Of a stretch of DNA of 64,000 nucleotides, positions 18,440-27,163 are shown one piece after another (position 1 is the first letter of the stretch; each line of letters opens with the position of its first letter). The stretch is taken from assembly GCA_016935695.1 (NCBI GenBank), contig JAFGQL010000173.1, positions 1,735 through 65,734 of the forward strand. Direction: 5' to 3'. Source of the stretch: Spirochaetales bacterium (GTDB lineage Bacteria > Spirochaetota > Spirochaetia > JC444 > Marispirochaetaceae). The translations under genes and the position numbers were made by a program. Under the pieces are notes generated by a model. The model had not been told where the DNA came from and made no database searches. It was given only the letters and a program-made list of their open reading frames with translations.

Positions 18440-20002
18440 ATGCAGATATTCAAAGGCGACATACTTACCTGTGACGACAGAGATACTGTCCACCGCTACC
18501 TCATAGAGGATAAAGGCCGCATCGTTTATACCGGCGATGTACTCCCCGGTGAGTACGAAAAGGCGGCGGTAATTGAACTGGGCAACAAGGCCCTGGTTCC
18601 CTCATTTGTCGATACCCACACCCACTTTTCGTCCTTTGCCCTGTTCAACGGGCGGTTGATGCTCTACTCCTGTTCCTCGAATGAGGAAATTCTGGAAAAA
18701 GTGGCAGCCGGGGCCGCCGCGCAGAAAGGCAAGCTGCTTATGGGGTACGGGCTTTCCGCACACGCTGTGAAAGAAGGATGTCTGGTTACCCGGCGGCAGC
18801 TAGATGAGGCCGCGGGAGATACACCGGTGTTTTTAGTCAAATACGACGGACATACCTGTGTAGTCAATTCGGCAGTGCTGAAAACCCTGCCGCCTGCTAC
18901 GGGGTCCTTACGCGGTTTTGATGGGGAGACCGGCATCATGGGGCAGGAGGCCTTTTTTGCCGTGTCTGCTTTTATAACAAAAAAGGTGTCGGCTCTGGAC
19001 CTCATCAGCAGCCTTTCGGATGCGTATGAGTATCTGGCTGAACACGGATTCGGCATGGTGCATACAGTCACCGGTGTCGGATTTCCCCTGGATATGGATG
19101 TGGATATTGAACGCTGGATTGCCAGGGGTATCGGTTCCGGTGTCCAGACCCGGGTTTTTTTCCAGACCATGGACATACAGAAAGTCCTGCGGCGGAAGCT
19201 CCCCCGAATCGGCGGCTGTTTCGCCACCGCCCTGGACGGATGCTTTGGGTCTCTTGATGCCGCCTTGTACGAGCCCTACCAGGGCACTGAAAACCGCGGT
19301 ATCCTGTTTTATTCAGATGATGAGGTGGCAGCGTTCTGTAAAGAAGCCAACCGGGCCGGTTTACAGATACAGATGCACGCCATCGGCGACGCAGCCTTTG
19401 ACCAGGCGGCCCGCGCCATTGCTGCGGCCTTGACAGATTATCCCAGAGAGGACCACCGTCACGGCATCATCCACGCCTGTCTGCCCACCGACCGGGGCAT
19501 GGATCTGTGTGCCGAGTACGCCATCCAGATACCGCTCCAGCCTGCGTTCATCGACTGGCCCCAGGAACCGACCTCCTACCTTTTCTCGGTGCTGGGCGAC
19601 CGCGAGGCCAGGCTCAATCCCCTGAAAACGTTCCTCAAACGGGGCCTTCTTATTTCCGGCGGCTCCGACGCGCCGGTAACTGCCCCGGATGCGCTCCACG
19701 GGATGTACAAAGCCTGTAACCACACCCAGAGTGATGAGTCCCTTTCCATTTCTGAAGCCCTCAAACTGTTTACGGTCAATGGATATAAGGCGTCTTTCGA
19801 CGAAGGTGAACGCGGTACTCTTGAAGCGGGCAAGGTTGCCGATATGACCCTTTTATCTGAAAACCCCCTGGCCTGCACCCCTGAAACCCTATCGCGCCTC
19901 AAGGTGGACGCGGTTTTTTACCGCGGGATGAAACATGAGCGCGGGAAGCACAATCCGTTCCTGACCGTCTTAAAAGGCCTTGTGTCTAACGGCAAGGTGT
20001 GA
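18440..20002 (+). CDS. metal-dependent amidohydrolase, YtcJ-like (Amidohydro_3)
   Basis: The internal ATG at 18440 gives MQIFKGDILTCDD, a typical N-terminus. HxH motif VDTHTHF. C-terminal GGSDAPV motif. About 520 aa. Confidence 0.8.
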   Translation: MQIFKGDILTCDDRDTVHRYLIEDKGRIVYTGDVLPGEYEKAAVIELGNKALVPSFVDTHTHFSSFALFNGRLMLYSCSSNEEILEKVAAGAAAQKGKLLMGYGLSAHAVKEGCLVTRRQLDEAAGDTPVFLVKYDGHTCVVNSAVLKTLPPATGSLRGFDGETGIMGQEAFFAVSAFITKKVSALDLISSLSDAYEYLAEHGFGMVHTVTGVGFPLDMDVDIERWIARGIGSGVQTRVFFQTMDIQKVLRRKLPRIGGCFATALDGCFGSLDAALYEPYQGTENRGILFYSDDEVAAFCKEANRAGLQIQMHAIGDAAFDQAARAIAAALTDYPREDHRHGIIHACLPTDRGMDLCAEYAIQIPLQPAFIDWPQEPTSYLFSVLGDREARLNPLKTFLKRGLLISGGSDAPVTAPDALHGMYKACNHTQSDESLSISEALKLFTVNGYKASFDEGERGTLEAGKVADMTLLSENPLACTPETLSRLKVDAVFYRGMKHERGKHNPFLTVLKGLVSNGKV

Positions 20003-20116
20003 CTCCGGTTGTACGTACATGTAGAATTCCGGCCAGTGCATTTCCGTTTTTGGAAAAACGGTATCCCATTTTTGCGGGCTTCCGGCCCGGTTCCACGTTG
20101 AACATCACTGAACACG

Positions 20117-20133
20117 TATAAAAGCGGATACAT
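20117..20133 (+). promoter_or_regulatory. possible ModE-type operator upstream of modA
   Basis: TATAA-N7-TACAT lies about 100 nt upstream of the modA start. From memory, the E. coli ModE operator consensus is TATAT-N7-TAYAT. Confidence 0.25.
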
Positions 20134-20230
20134 TAATCTGGTTTTTCTCAAGAATGCCCTCATAGAAACGTGTTTGGCACGTTTTCTGCTCTTAATTCAG
20201 GGTACGGGGGTGTGGTGTATGGAAAGGGGT

Positions 20231-21025
20231 ATGAAAGTACTTGTGGTTATTGCCGCGTTAGTATGTGTTTCGGTCTTCGGGCATGCCGCGGCCCAGGGCG
20301 AGGCGGGATCAAATGCCGGGTCCTGTACCCTTTTTGTGGCGGCGAGCATGACAGATGTGGCAGAGGAAATGGCCGTTGAATTCCGGCAGCGAACAGGAAT
20401 GCATGTGTTCATTAATCCGGCATCCAGCGGCACCCTTGCGCGGCAGATCGAACAGGGCGCGGAATGTGATGTGTTCGTGTCGGCGTCAAAGAAATGGGTG
20501 GAGTATCTGCATGAGAAGAATGTAAGCGCGGATGTGTCTGTCTTTGCCCGCAACCGCCTGGTGTTGATCACTCCTCTTAATGAGGCTGACAGGAAAGAGC
20601 CCACAGGTTCTGATGCGGTTGAATATATCCGCAGACTTTTGTCCGGCGGATTTACCATGCTGGCCATGGGTGATCCCGGTCATGTCCCCGCAGGCGTCTA
20701 CGGGAAAAGTGCGCTGGAGAATATAGGTGTTTACCAGCAGGTAGCTGATAGAATCATGCCCACCCAGGATGTCCGCACGGCCTTGAACCTGGTACAGCTC
20801 GGAGAGGCTGATTACGGCATTGTCTACCTTACTGATGCCATGTCCTCCCGGCAGGTCCGTATCGCCGCGGTGTTTCCCCCGTACAGCCACGGGCCCATTG
20901 AGTACTACTGCGTACGGATAAAGGATACCGGCTCAGAAGCCCAAAGGTTGTTCGAATACATGAACTCCGAGGTAGCGCATGACCTTCTTATTCGGAAGGG
21001 TTTTGAGCCGGCCGTGCGCTTTTAA
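20231..21025 (+). CDS. modA: molybdate ABC transporter substrate-binding protein
   Basis: The internal ATG at 20231 is preceded by AAAGGGG. MKVLVVIAALVCVSVFGHAAA is a signal peptide. LFVAASMTDVAEEM...INPASSGTLARQIEQGAECDVFVSAS is the ModA pattern. modB and modC lie downstream. Confidence 0.85.
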   Translation: MKVLVVIAALVCVSVFGHAAAQGEAGSNAGSCTLFVAASMTDVAEEMAVEFRQRTGMHVFINPASSGTLARQIEQGAECDVFVSASKKWVEYLHEKNVSADVSVFARNRLVLITPLNEADRKEPTGSDAVEYIRRLLSGGFTMLAMGDPGHVPAGVYGKSALENIGVYQQVADRIMPTQDVRTALNLVQLGEADYGIVYLTDAMSSRQVRIAAVFPPYSHGPIEYYCVRIKDTGSEAQRLFEYMNSEVAHDLLIRKGFEPAVRF

Positions 21026-21038
21026 TGGCGGAAGTTCT

Positions 21039-21707
21039 ATGACCGACATTATTCTGCTTTCGGTTCGCATCGCTTTCATGGCGACCTGCATCAACCTGCC
21101 CCTGGGGCTTGTCTTTGGTTTTCTTTTGACCCGGACGAAGCTGCCGGGAAGAAGCATCCTGGAGGGCTGTGCGAACATGCCCCTGGTGATGCCGCCGGTC
21201 ACCATCGGGTATATGCTGCTTTTGATTTTCGGCCGTAACGGGTTTGCCGGGGTCTGGCTTTTTAAGACCTTTGGTGCATCCTTTGCTTTTTCCAGGGCTG
21301 CAGCGGTCGCTGCCTCGGTTATTGTGTCTTTTCCGCTGGTGGCCCGGAGCATAAAAGTGTCAATGGAAATGGTCGACCGCCGTTACGAGTCCGCTGCATC
21401 GGTGTTGGGTGCCGGGCCTTTTCATGTGTTCCTGCGTATAACCCTTCCGCTCAGCCTGCCCGGGCTGGTAAACGGCTTCTTGCTGGGATTCGCCCGCAGT
21501 CTGGGTGAGTTCGGCGCCACCATTACCTTTGCGGGAAATATTGCGGGTAAAACCAGGACGGTGCCTTTGGCAGTGTATTCCCTTCTGCAGGTCCCGGGAA
21601 GGGAGGGGGATGTCGCCCTTCTGGTTGCTTTCTCTGTCGGTATTTCCTTTCTTGCCATGCTTGGGGGAGGGGCTTTCTCCCGCCGTGAAAAGGAAGGCAG
21701 GCTGTGA
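21039..21707 (+). CDS. modB: molybdate ABC transporter permease
   Basis: Start taken at MTDIILLSVRIAFMATCINLPLG. Five to six TM helices with an EAA-like loop (ARSLGEFGATITFAGN). Confidence 0.85.
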   Translation: MTDIILLSVRIAFMATCINLPLGLVFGFLLTRTKLPGRSILEGCANMPLVMPPVTIGYMLLLIFGRNGFAGVWLFKTFGASFAFSRAAAVAASVIVSFPLVARSIKVSMEMVDRRYESAASVLGAGPFHVFLRITLPLSLPGLVNGFLLGFARSLGEFGATITFAGNIAGKTRTVPLAVYSLLQVPGREGDVALLVAFSVGISFLAMLGGGAFSRREKEGRL

Positions 21708-22384
21708 GTGTCGTCTTTGACCTGAGCTATCCGTTGCGGGATTTTGTACTGGACATGAGCGCAACATTTTCTGGAAAAGCCACCGGGATCAGCGGCCCCT
21801 CGGGCTCGGGGAAGAGCACACTTTTTCAACTCATTGCGGGACTCAAAAAACCGGTACGCGGGTCTGTCATGGTAAACGGAAAAGTCCTGTACGATTCCAG
21901 GAAAGGTATATGTGTGCCGGTTCACAAACGGGCGGTCGGGATGGTGTTTCAGGAGAAGCTTCTGTTTCCCCATTTGTCGGTCCGGAAAAACCTGAATTTT
22001 TCCCAGGCCTATACGTCCCGGTCCCGGATTTCGTTTTTTGATGTGGTGGAAATACTCGATCTGGCCCATATACTGGACGCGAAACCTGGTGTTATTTCAG
22101 GAGGCGAACAGCAGCGGGTGGCAATCGGCCGGGCCCTGCTGGCTTCCCCCGATATTCTGCTGCTGGATGAGCCCTTCAGCGCAGTTGATAAAGACCTGCG
22201 CGGAAGTATCATCGGCTACCTGTTCCGCCTGAAAGAAGGGCTTGATGTCCCATTGGCCATTATCAGCCATGATCCTTCTGACTTTACTGCCCTTGCCGAC
22301 GAAGTGGTGTTTATAGACAAGGGCCGCCGGGTGAATAAGAAATGCCCTTATCATGACCGCTTGACAGAGGTCTTACGCCAGTGA
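21704..22384 (+). CDS. modC: molybdate-type ABC transporter ATP-binding protein, short form without a TOBE domain
   Basis: GTGA overlap with modB. Walker A GPSGSGKST, signature ISGGEQQR, Walker B LLLDEPFSAVD. At only 226 aa, the C-terminal regulatory TOBE domain of E. coli-type ModC is missing. Confidence 0.75.
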   Translation: MSVVFDLSYPLRDFVLDMSATFSGKATGISGPSGSGKSTLFQLIAGLKKPVRGSVMVNGKVLYDSRKGICVPVHKRAVGMVFQEKLLFPHLSVRKNLNFSQAYTSRSRISFFDVVEILDLAHILDAKPGVISGGEQQRVAIGRALLASPDILLLDEPFSAVDKDLRGSIIGYLFRLKEGLDVPLAIISHDPSDFTALADEVVFIDKGRRVNKKCPYHDRLTEVLRQ

Positions 22385-22387
22385 GGA

Positions 22388-24613
22388 TCACTGCTTTTGC
22401 TTCATCTTACGGGTCTTGGTGAATACCTGATCGTAGGTTTCGATGAGTTCCTTGACAGGCGAATCGCCGCTGATTTCGGTGTCAATGAACAGATCGAGAA
22501 TGTCCATCGCGCGGCTCATGGCTACATACAACAGGTTGTTTGACAGCCGTGTCTGGGCTACGGGCGTATAGTTGGAGCCCGAGGAAAACGGCCAGTACGG
22601 CAGAAACAGCATGACGACGGGCATGTCCAGGCCCTTTGCCGAATGCAGAGTGGATATCCTGACCGCCTTGGTGTCGGCAAACTCAAAGCGCTCGTCGGCG
22701 TATTGTATGGTGGCGACGCCTTTCTGGTTCAGGTAGGTTTCGACTTTTGACAGCAGCTTCCGTGTAGGAACCAGTATGTTTATATTGCCCGGGTCGTACT
22801 GGATGTGGGTAAGGAGTATTTCCAGTTTTGAATACAGAAACTGGAGCAGTTTTTCTTCTCCTGTTTCTATGAACAGTTCGGGAACAGGCCCTTCCCTGAA
22901 GCCTTCTGACGGCCCCGGCCGGGATTGCTCGCCTTTTGTTTTTACCCGTTCCTTGAATTCTTCCGACAGGGCGATAATGGGAATGGTGCTCCGGTGGTTC
23001 AGCTTCAGTATTTTTGTCTTTCCCTGGATGTCTATTTCCGCTTTTGCGTAGGGCTGGGTAACACCGTAGATGGTCTGGTCTGTGTCGCCTGCCAGAATAA
23101 TGTGGCGGCCCGCCACCGCCTTGAGTATATACAGGTCCGCTGATTTCAGGTCCTGGGATTCGTCGACAAAGACGTATCCGTACATGAAGGAGGGGGGTGT
23201 ACCTGTCTGTTCTATGCGTTCGCAGATAAGACTGTGGGCGTAACCCCGGGAAAGGGACTTGCGCTGCATCATGGCTTTTTCCAGCTCTGTTTTGATGTTC
23301 CAGACCAGGACCCGCTCCTCTCTGGTCAGACTGAAACCCATACCGGCACGGGGAATAAGCTGGGTGCAGTATTCGTCTTTTGAAACCTTGTTTGCGTAAA
23401 TGAAATCCTCTATTTCGGCGGTAAGCTGCTGATGGTTCAGGCTTGTCGGGTAGCCGCCGCCGTGGAGCAGCCGGGTTGCCAGCTCCGACAGAATTGAAAA
23501 GTTGACCTCACAGTCCGGATAGAAATGCTTCAGTATCTGAAAAATGAAACTGTCGGCAGTATCTATCTGGTCCTTGCCGCCGCTGTGTATATCCAGCAGA
23601 GCCGCCAGATATTTGTTATACTTAACCAGGGTCTTTGTATAGGACAAAAGCAGTATGGAGTCCGATGATCCGTCCTTTTCTCCGTCCCACAGGACGCCCT
23701 GGGTTTCCCGCTGAATAACGGCTTTCTGGAGGGCTTTGAGCAGTACAAGGGTCTTTCCGGTTCCCGCCGCCCCCTGTACAAGAAAATCGGTGTTGAGGCT
23801 GATTCTTGAGAGGGCGTCGGCCTGCTCTTCGCTTAAGGTCAGTACCTGTTTTTCGTAATCGGAGCGGGTCCTTGTATAGGCGGTAAGGCGGGACAGTTTG
23901 GTGAGGTAATCCCGGATACGGGCCATTTTTTCCAGGTCCTTTATTTTCTGCTGGAGCTCTTCCTTGACCTCTGTGTGCTCTTTTACGAGCTTGCTTTCCG
24001 ACGTGCGGCCGGCGGGAGACTGGGGAGAGGCGGACTTGATTTTCAGCCGGTGTTCAAGAATGCGCAGCTGGGCCTCGAGGGTGATGATCCTGTCTTTGGC
24101 CGTCTCGAAATCGGCCAGCTGTGTAATCAGATCCTTGTGTTCCTGTTTGAGTTCAAACAGCTGCCACTTGATGTTGCGGAGTTGTTCGTATTCCTGGGCC
24201 CGGCTTGTTTTCTCGTCCCACAGGTGCAGGAACTGTTTCAACTGTTCCAGGTCCTGTGCATGGGTGTCGTAAATCCCGGTTGCCGTACAGTAACCGATGA
24301 AGTTCATGGTGGCCGCCCGGGCCTCCTCGGGATCGAGGGAGATGAAGTCATGTAGTACCTGTTGTACAAGAATGTGTTCCCTCCGGATTGAGTCCAGAGC
24401 GTCAATACCCGGTCCTTTGCGGGTTTGCAGCAGGTATTTTTTGTAGTACAGAAGGTTGTCGGTAAAACTCCTGCCCAGCTGCTCCCCGTAGCCGGGGAAA
24501 TGCCGTTTCATGTGTCCTTCTACGAAGGCATGAAGCGCGGTCAGGTAAAACCCTTCATCTGAGCCAATCATGTTTCGGATACGCGCGAGCTGCTGTTTCA
24601 TGGTACCGTGCAA
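22388..24613 (-). CDS. SF1 (UvrD/Rep-like) helicase with an uncharacterised coiled-coil N-terminal domain
   Basis: 741 aa. Walker A GAAGTGKT, motif II FVDESQD, motif III GDTDQTIYG, LNHRST, ISTLHSAKGLDMPVV, LLYVAMSRAMDIL. The first roughly 270 aa are helical with a long heptad-like charged stretch. Confidence 0.8.
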   Translation of the reverse strand: MHGTMKQQLARIRNMIGSDEGFYLTALHAFVEGHMKRHFPGYGEQLGRSFTDNLLYYKKYLLQTRKGPGIDALDSIRREHILVQQVLHDFISLDPEEARAATMNFIGYCTATGIYDTHAQDLEQLKQFLHLWDEKTSRAQEYEQLRNIKWQLFELKQEHKDLITQLADFETAKDRIITLEAQLRILEHRLKIKSASPQSPAGRTSESKLVKEHTEVKEELQQKIKDLEKMARIRDYLTKLSRLTAYTRTRSDYEKQVLTLSEEQADALSRISLNTDFLVQGAAGTGKTLVLLKALQKAVIQRETQGVLWDGEKDGSSDSILLLSYTKTLVKYNKYLAALLDIHSGGKDQIDTADSFIFQILKHFYPDCEVNFSILSELATRLLHGGGYPTSLNHQQLTAEIEDFIYANKVSKDEYCTQLIPRAGMGFSLTREERVLVWNIKTELEKAMMQRKSLSRGYAHSLICERIEQTGTPPSFMYGYVFVDESQDLKSADLYILKAVAGRHIILAGDTDQTIYGVTQPYAKAEIDIQGKTKILKLNHRSTIPIIALSEEFKERVKTKGEQSRPGPSEGFREGPVPELFIETGEEKLLQFLYSKLEILLTHIQYDPGNINILVPTRKLLSKVETYLNQKGVATIQYADERFEFADTKAVRISTLHSAKGLDMPVVMLFLPYWPFSSGSNYTPVAQTRLSNNLLYVAMSRAMDILDLFIDTEISGDSPVKELIETYDQVFTKTRKMKQKQ

Positions 24614-24698
24614 GTGTACACGAAATACTGCCGGTCTGCTATAACCGGAAGATTCATCCGGCCTTTACAAGGGGACAAAACGCTCTTACTATTGAGCG

Positions 24699-25685
24699 AT
24701 GGGAAAGTATCTGAAATTTCTCACATTGTTTTTGGGCCTCGTGTTCATCGGCTTCTTTATAGTTTCGGTGCGGCTCCTGATCCTCAACCCCCTCCTTCTG
24801 TCGGCGGACCAGCCTGGCGATCCCTCCCGGGCCAAGTCTTTCCACTACGCTTTTTTCATGCCGTCGTCTGATTATTCGTTCTTTAACAGCCTGAAGGCAG
24901 GCGCCCTGGACGCATCCGACGCCATGGATTGCGCTGTAAACTTCAATTCGATAAACGAAGATATGCTCAGTTTTGAAATGGCGTCCTTCTCCGGGATCGA
25001 CGGAATTGCGGTCTTTGTATATGACAACTCTCCCGCGGTACTCTCCGAGCTTGAGGAAATTTCCCGTCTGGGTATTCCCATTGTTCAGATCGAAAACGAA
25101 GCCATCATCGGATCCAATGCCTTTTTTATCGGAACAAACAGTTTTGATTCCGGCAAGAGCATCGGCCGCATTGCGCTGTTCGCGGAAAAGAATGCGGTTC
25201 ATATAGCGCTGATCTACAGTGAAAAAAACCCGGGACTGATGTCCGATGCCAACCTTGTGGAAATAGGTCTGAAAACTACCATGGGCGACCGGCTGAGAGA
25301 GTTGTCCACCGGCAGGACAAGCCTGAACCCCATTGATGCCGAACGGGTAGTGTATGACTTGCTTCTAAGAAACCCCGATACCGATATCATAGTGCTCTCC
25401 GATATGAACGATACCCTGGTGGCAATTCAGGCAATCATTGATCTGAACCTTGTGGGGCAGATCCAGATCATCGGTTTCGGCGAAGATGAAACCATCCGTG
25501 AGTATATCAGAAAAGGCGTTGTCCTCGGCAGCATTGTCAGGAATCCCTACAGGATAGGATACAGCGCGGTGATGGCACTAAAGGAGATCAGCACCATCGG
25601 CTACACCTCAGCATACATCGATACGGGGATAAACATTCTAACCCGGGCGGAAGTTGAACGAGTTCATAACGGGAGCCTGCGGTGA
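24699..25685 (+). CDS. membrane-anchored periplasmic-binding-protein-fold sensor component (sugar-binding-like)
   Basis: N-terminal TM anchor MGKYLKFLTLFLGLVFIGFFIVSV with no lipobox. The remainder looks like a type-I PBP/LacI-like fold. Its stop overlaps the kinase start (GTGA, 25682-25685). Confidence 0.65.
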   Translation: MGKYLKFLTLFLGLVFIGFFIVSVRLLILNPLLLSADQPGDPSRAKSFHYAFFMPSSDYSFFNSLKAGALDASDAMDCAVNFNSINEDMLSFEMASFSGIDGIAVFVYDNSPAVLSELEEISRLGIPIVQIENEAIIGSNAFFIGTNSFDSGKSIGRIALFAEKNAVHIALIYSEKNPGLMSDANLVEIGLKTTMGDRLRELSTGRTSLNPIDAERVVYDLLLRNPDTDIIVLSDMNDTLVAIQAIIDLNLVGQIQIIGFGEDETIREYIRKGVVLGSIVRNPYRIGYSAVMALKEISTIGYTSAYIDTGINILTRAEVERVHNGSLR

Positions 25686-27163
25686 GGCGAAATTCCCTGT
25701 GGGTAAAACTGCTTTTATACCAGTCTATCAGCATGATCATCATGGTCTTTTCCATCGGTTTCATTCTGCTCAATTCACTGAATCTTCAGAATATCGCCTA
25801 TGAACGGTTCCAGGAGGAGCATTATTTTCAGGAACTGCAGACAGACCTGTCGGAAATTCAGAAACCTCTGCAGGATTACCTTACCGGCTGGTCATCGTCC
25901 TCGCTTGCCAGACTTTTGTTCCTGATGGAAACCATCCGGGAAAAAATACCGGAAGAACGGCCGATATTGCCTGATGAGACCGAGCTGATGAAGCGCGAGG
26001 TGTATTTTCTGATTGATGCCTATCTGGCCCGGGTGAATAATATCATTGAGCAGAAACGGGGACGGAAAGTTCTTGAATATACCGCGAATTATGAAGAAAG
26101 CATAAAGCTGTATTCCCATATTTCCGCACGTATAAATTCCATAAGCCTGTCAGGGTTCCGGTTCCAGCTTAAGGAATACCGGGGTTTCCTGGATCTTTTC
26201 CGCAAGATACAGTACCAGAATTTACTCCTTGTCGTGATAGCCACTTTTTTCGCCTATGCCCTTTTGCTGCAGATGGGGCAGAACATAACCACGCCCATGT
26301 TTGATCTGTCCCAGATGGCGGGGAAACTCTCCGACGGCAATTTTGATGTGCCGGACCTTCATTTCCGGTCGATCAACGAAGTGGAGCAGGTGGCATCTGC
26401 GTTCAATCAAATGAAAAAAAGCATTCACCACTATATAAACGAGCTGAAAAAACAGAAAGAAATGGAACAGCAGATCATGACCGAGCGGGTGAGGAACCTG
26501 AAGATGGAACAGCTGTTAAAGCGGATGGAGCTGTACACCATGCAGGCCCAGATGAATCCTCATTTTCTGTTCAACACCATAAATACCGGCGTACAGCTGG
26601 CCATAGTCGAAGAGGCTGACAAAACCGCAGAGTTTATGGAGAACCTTGCGAAACTGTTCAGGTACAACATACGTGAAAAGAAATTTTTCGTTCCCCTTCG
26701 GCATGAGGTGGAAGGGCTGAAAACCTATTACAATATTCTTAAAATACGGTTCCCCAAAACCCTCAAGCTCGTTCTTGATTATGATGAAGGCCTTTTAGAC
26801 CGTTTTTCCTGCCCCAATATGATACTGCAGCCTCTGGTGGAAAACTCGGTTCTCCACGCCTTCAAAAAAAAGAACCATACAGGAACCATCATGGTAAGAA
26901 TTGTCTATGAAGAACCTGTTCTGGTCATATCTGTCAAGGATGACGGTGTTGGTATTTCCGAAAACCTGGTCAAGGACCTGCTGACACCCCATTCCCGGGA
27001 TTACCAGTTGGGCCCGAAGGTCATGGGGTTGGAAAATGTAATACAACGCTGCTATTTTCTTTATCCCGAGCATGATGATGCCATCGACATCAAGACTACC
27101 CAGGGAGAAGGAACAGAAATCATCATACGTTTGCATACCGAGGTGGAACCGTGTATCGAGTAA
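25682..27163 (+). CDS. sensor histidine kinase, LytS/YesM type (HAMP + His_kinase + HATPase)
   Basis: Two TM helices flank a periplasmic loop. HAMP domain, then the motif AQMNPHFLFNTINTG typical of PF06580-type kinases, then a C-terminal ATPase domain. Confidence 0.88.
   Translation: MRRNSLWVKLLLYQSISMIIMVFSIGFILLNSLNLQNIAYERFQEEHYFQELQTDLSEIQKPLQDYLTGWSSSSLARLLFLMETIREKIPEERPILPDETELMKREVYFLIDAYLARVNNIIEQKRGRKVLEYTANYEESIKLYSHISARINSISLSGFRFQLKEYRGFLDLFRKIQYQNLLLVVIATFFAYALLLQMGQNITTPMFDLSQMAGKLSDGNFDVPDLHFRSINEVEQVASAFNQMKKSIHHYINELKKQKEMEQQIMTERVRNLKMEQLLKRMELYTMQAQMNPHFLFNTINTGVQLAIVEEADKTAEFMENLAKLFRYNIREKKFFVPLRHEVEGLKTYYNILKIRFPKTLKLVLDYDEGLLDRFSCPNMILQPLVENSVLHAFKKKNHTGTIMVRIVYEEPVLVISVKDDGVGISENLVKDLLTPHSRDYQLGPKVMGLENVIQRCYFLYPEHDDAIDIKTTQGEGTEIIIRLHTEVEPCIE

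Noticed and set aside
20003-20230. Possible molybdenum-cofactor (Moco) riboswitch in the 228-nt region upstream of modA.
   Set aside because: I could not find the conserved Moco-motif stretches as I remember them. I see only two small hairpins (20044-20061, 20075-20089) that look like terminator remnants of the upstream gene. An Infernal scan with the Rfam Moco model would settle it.
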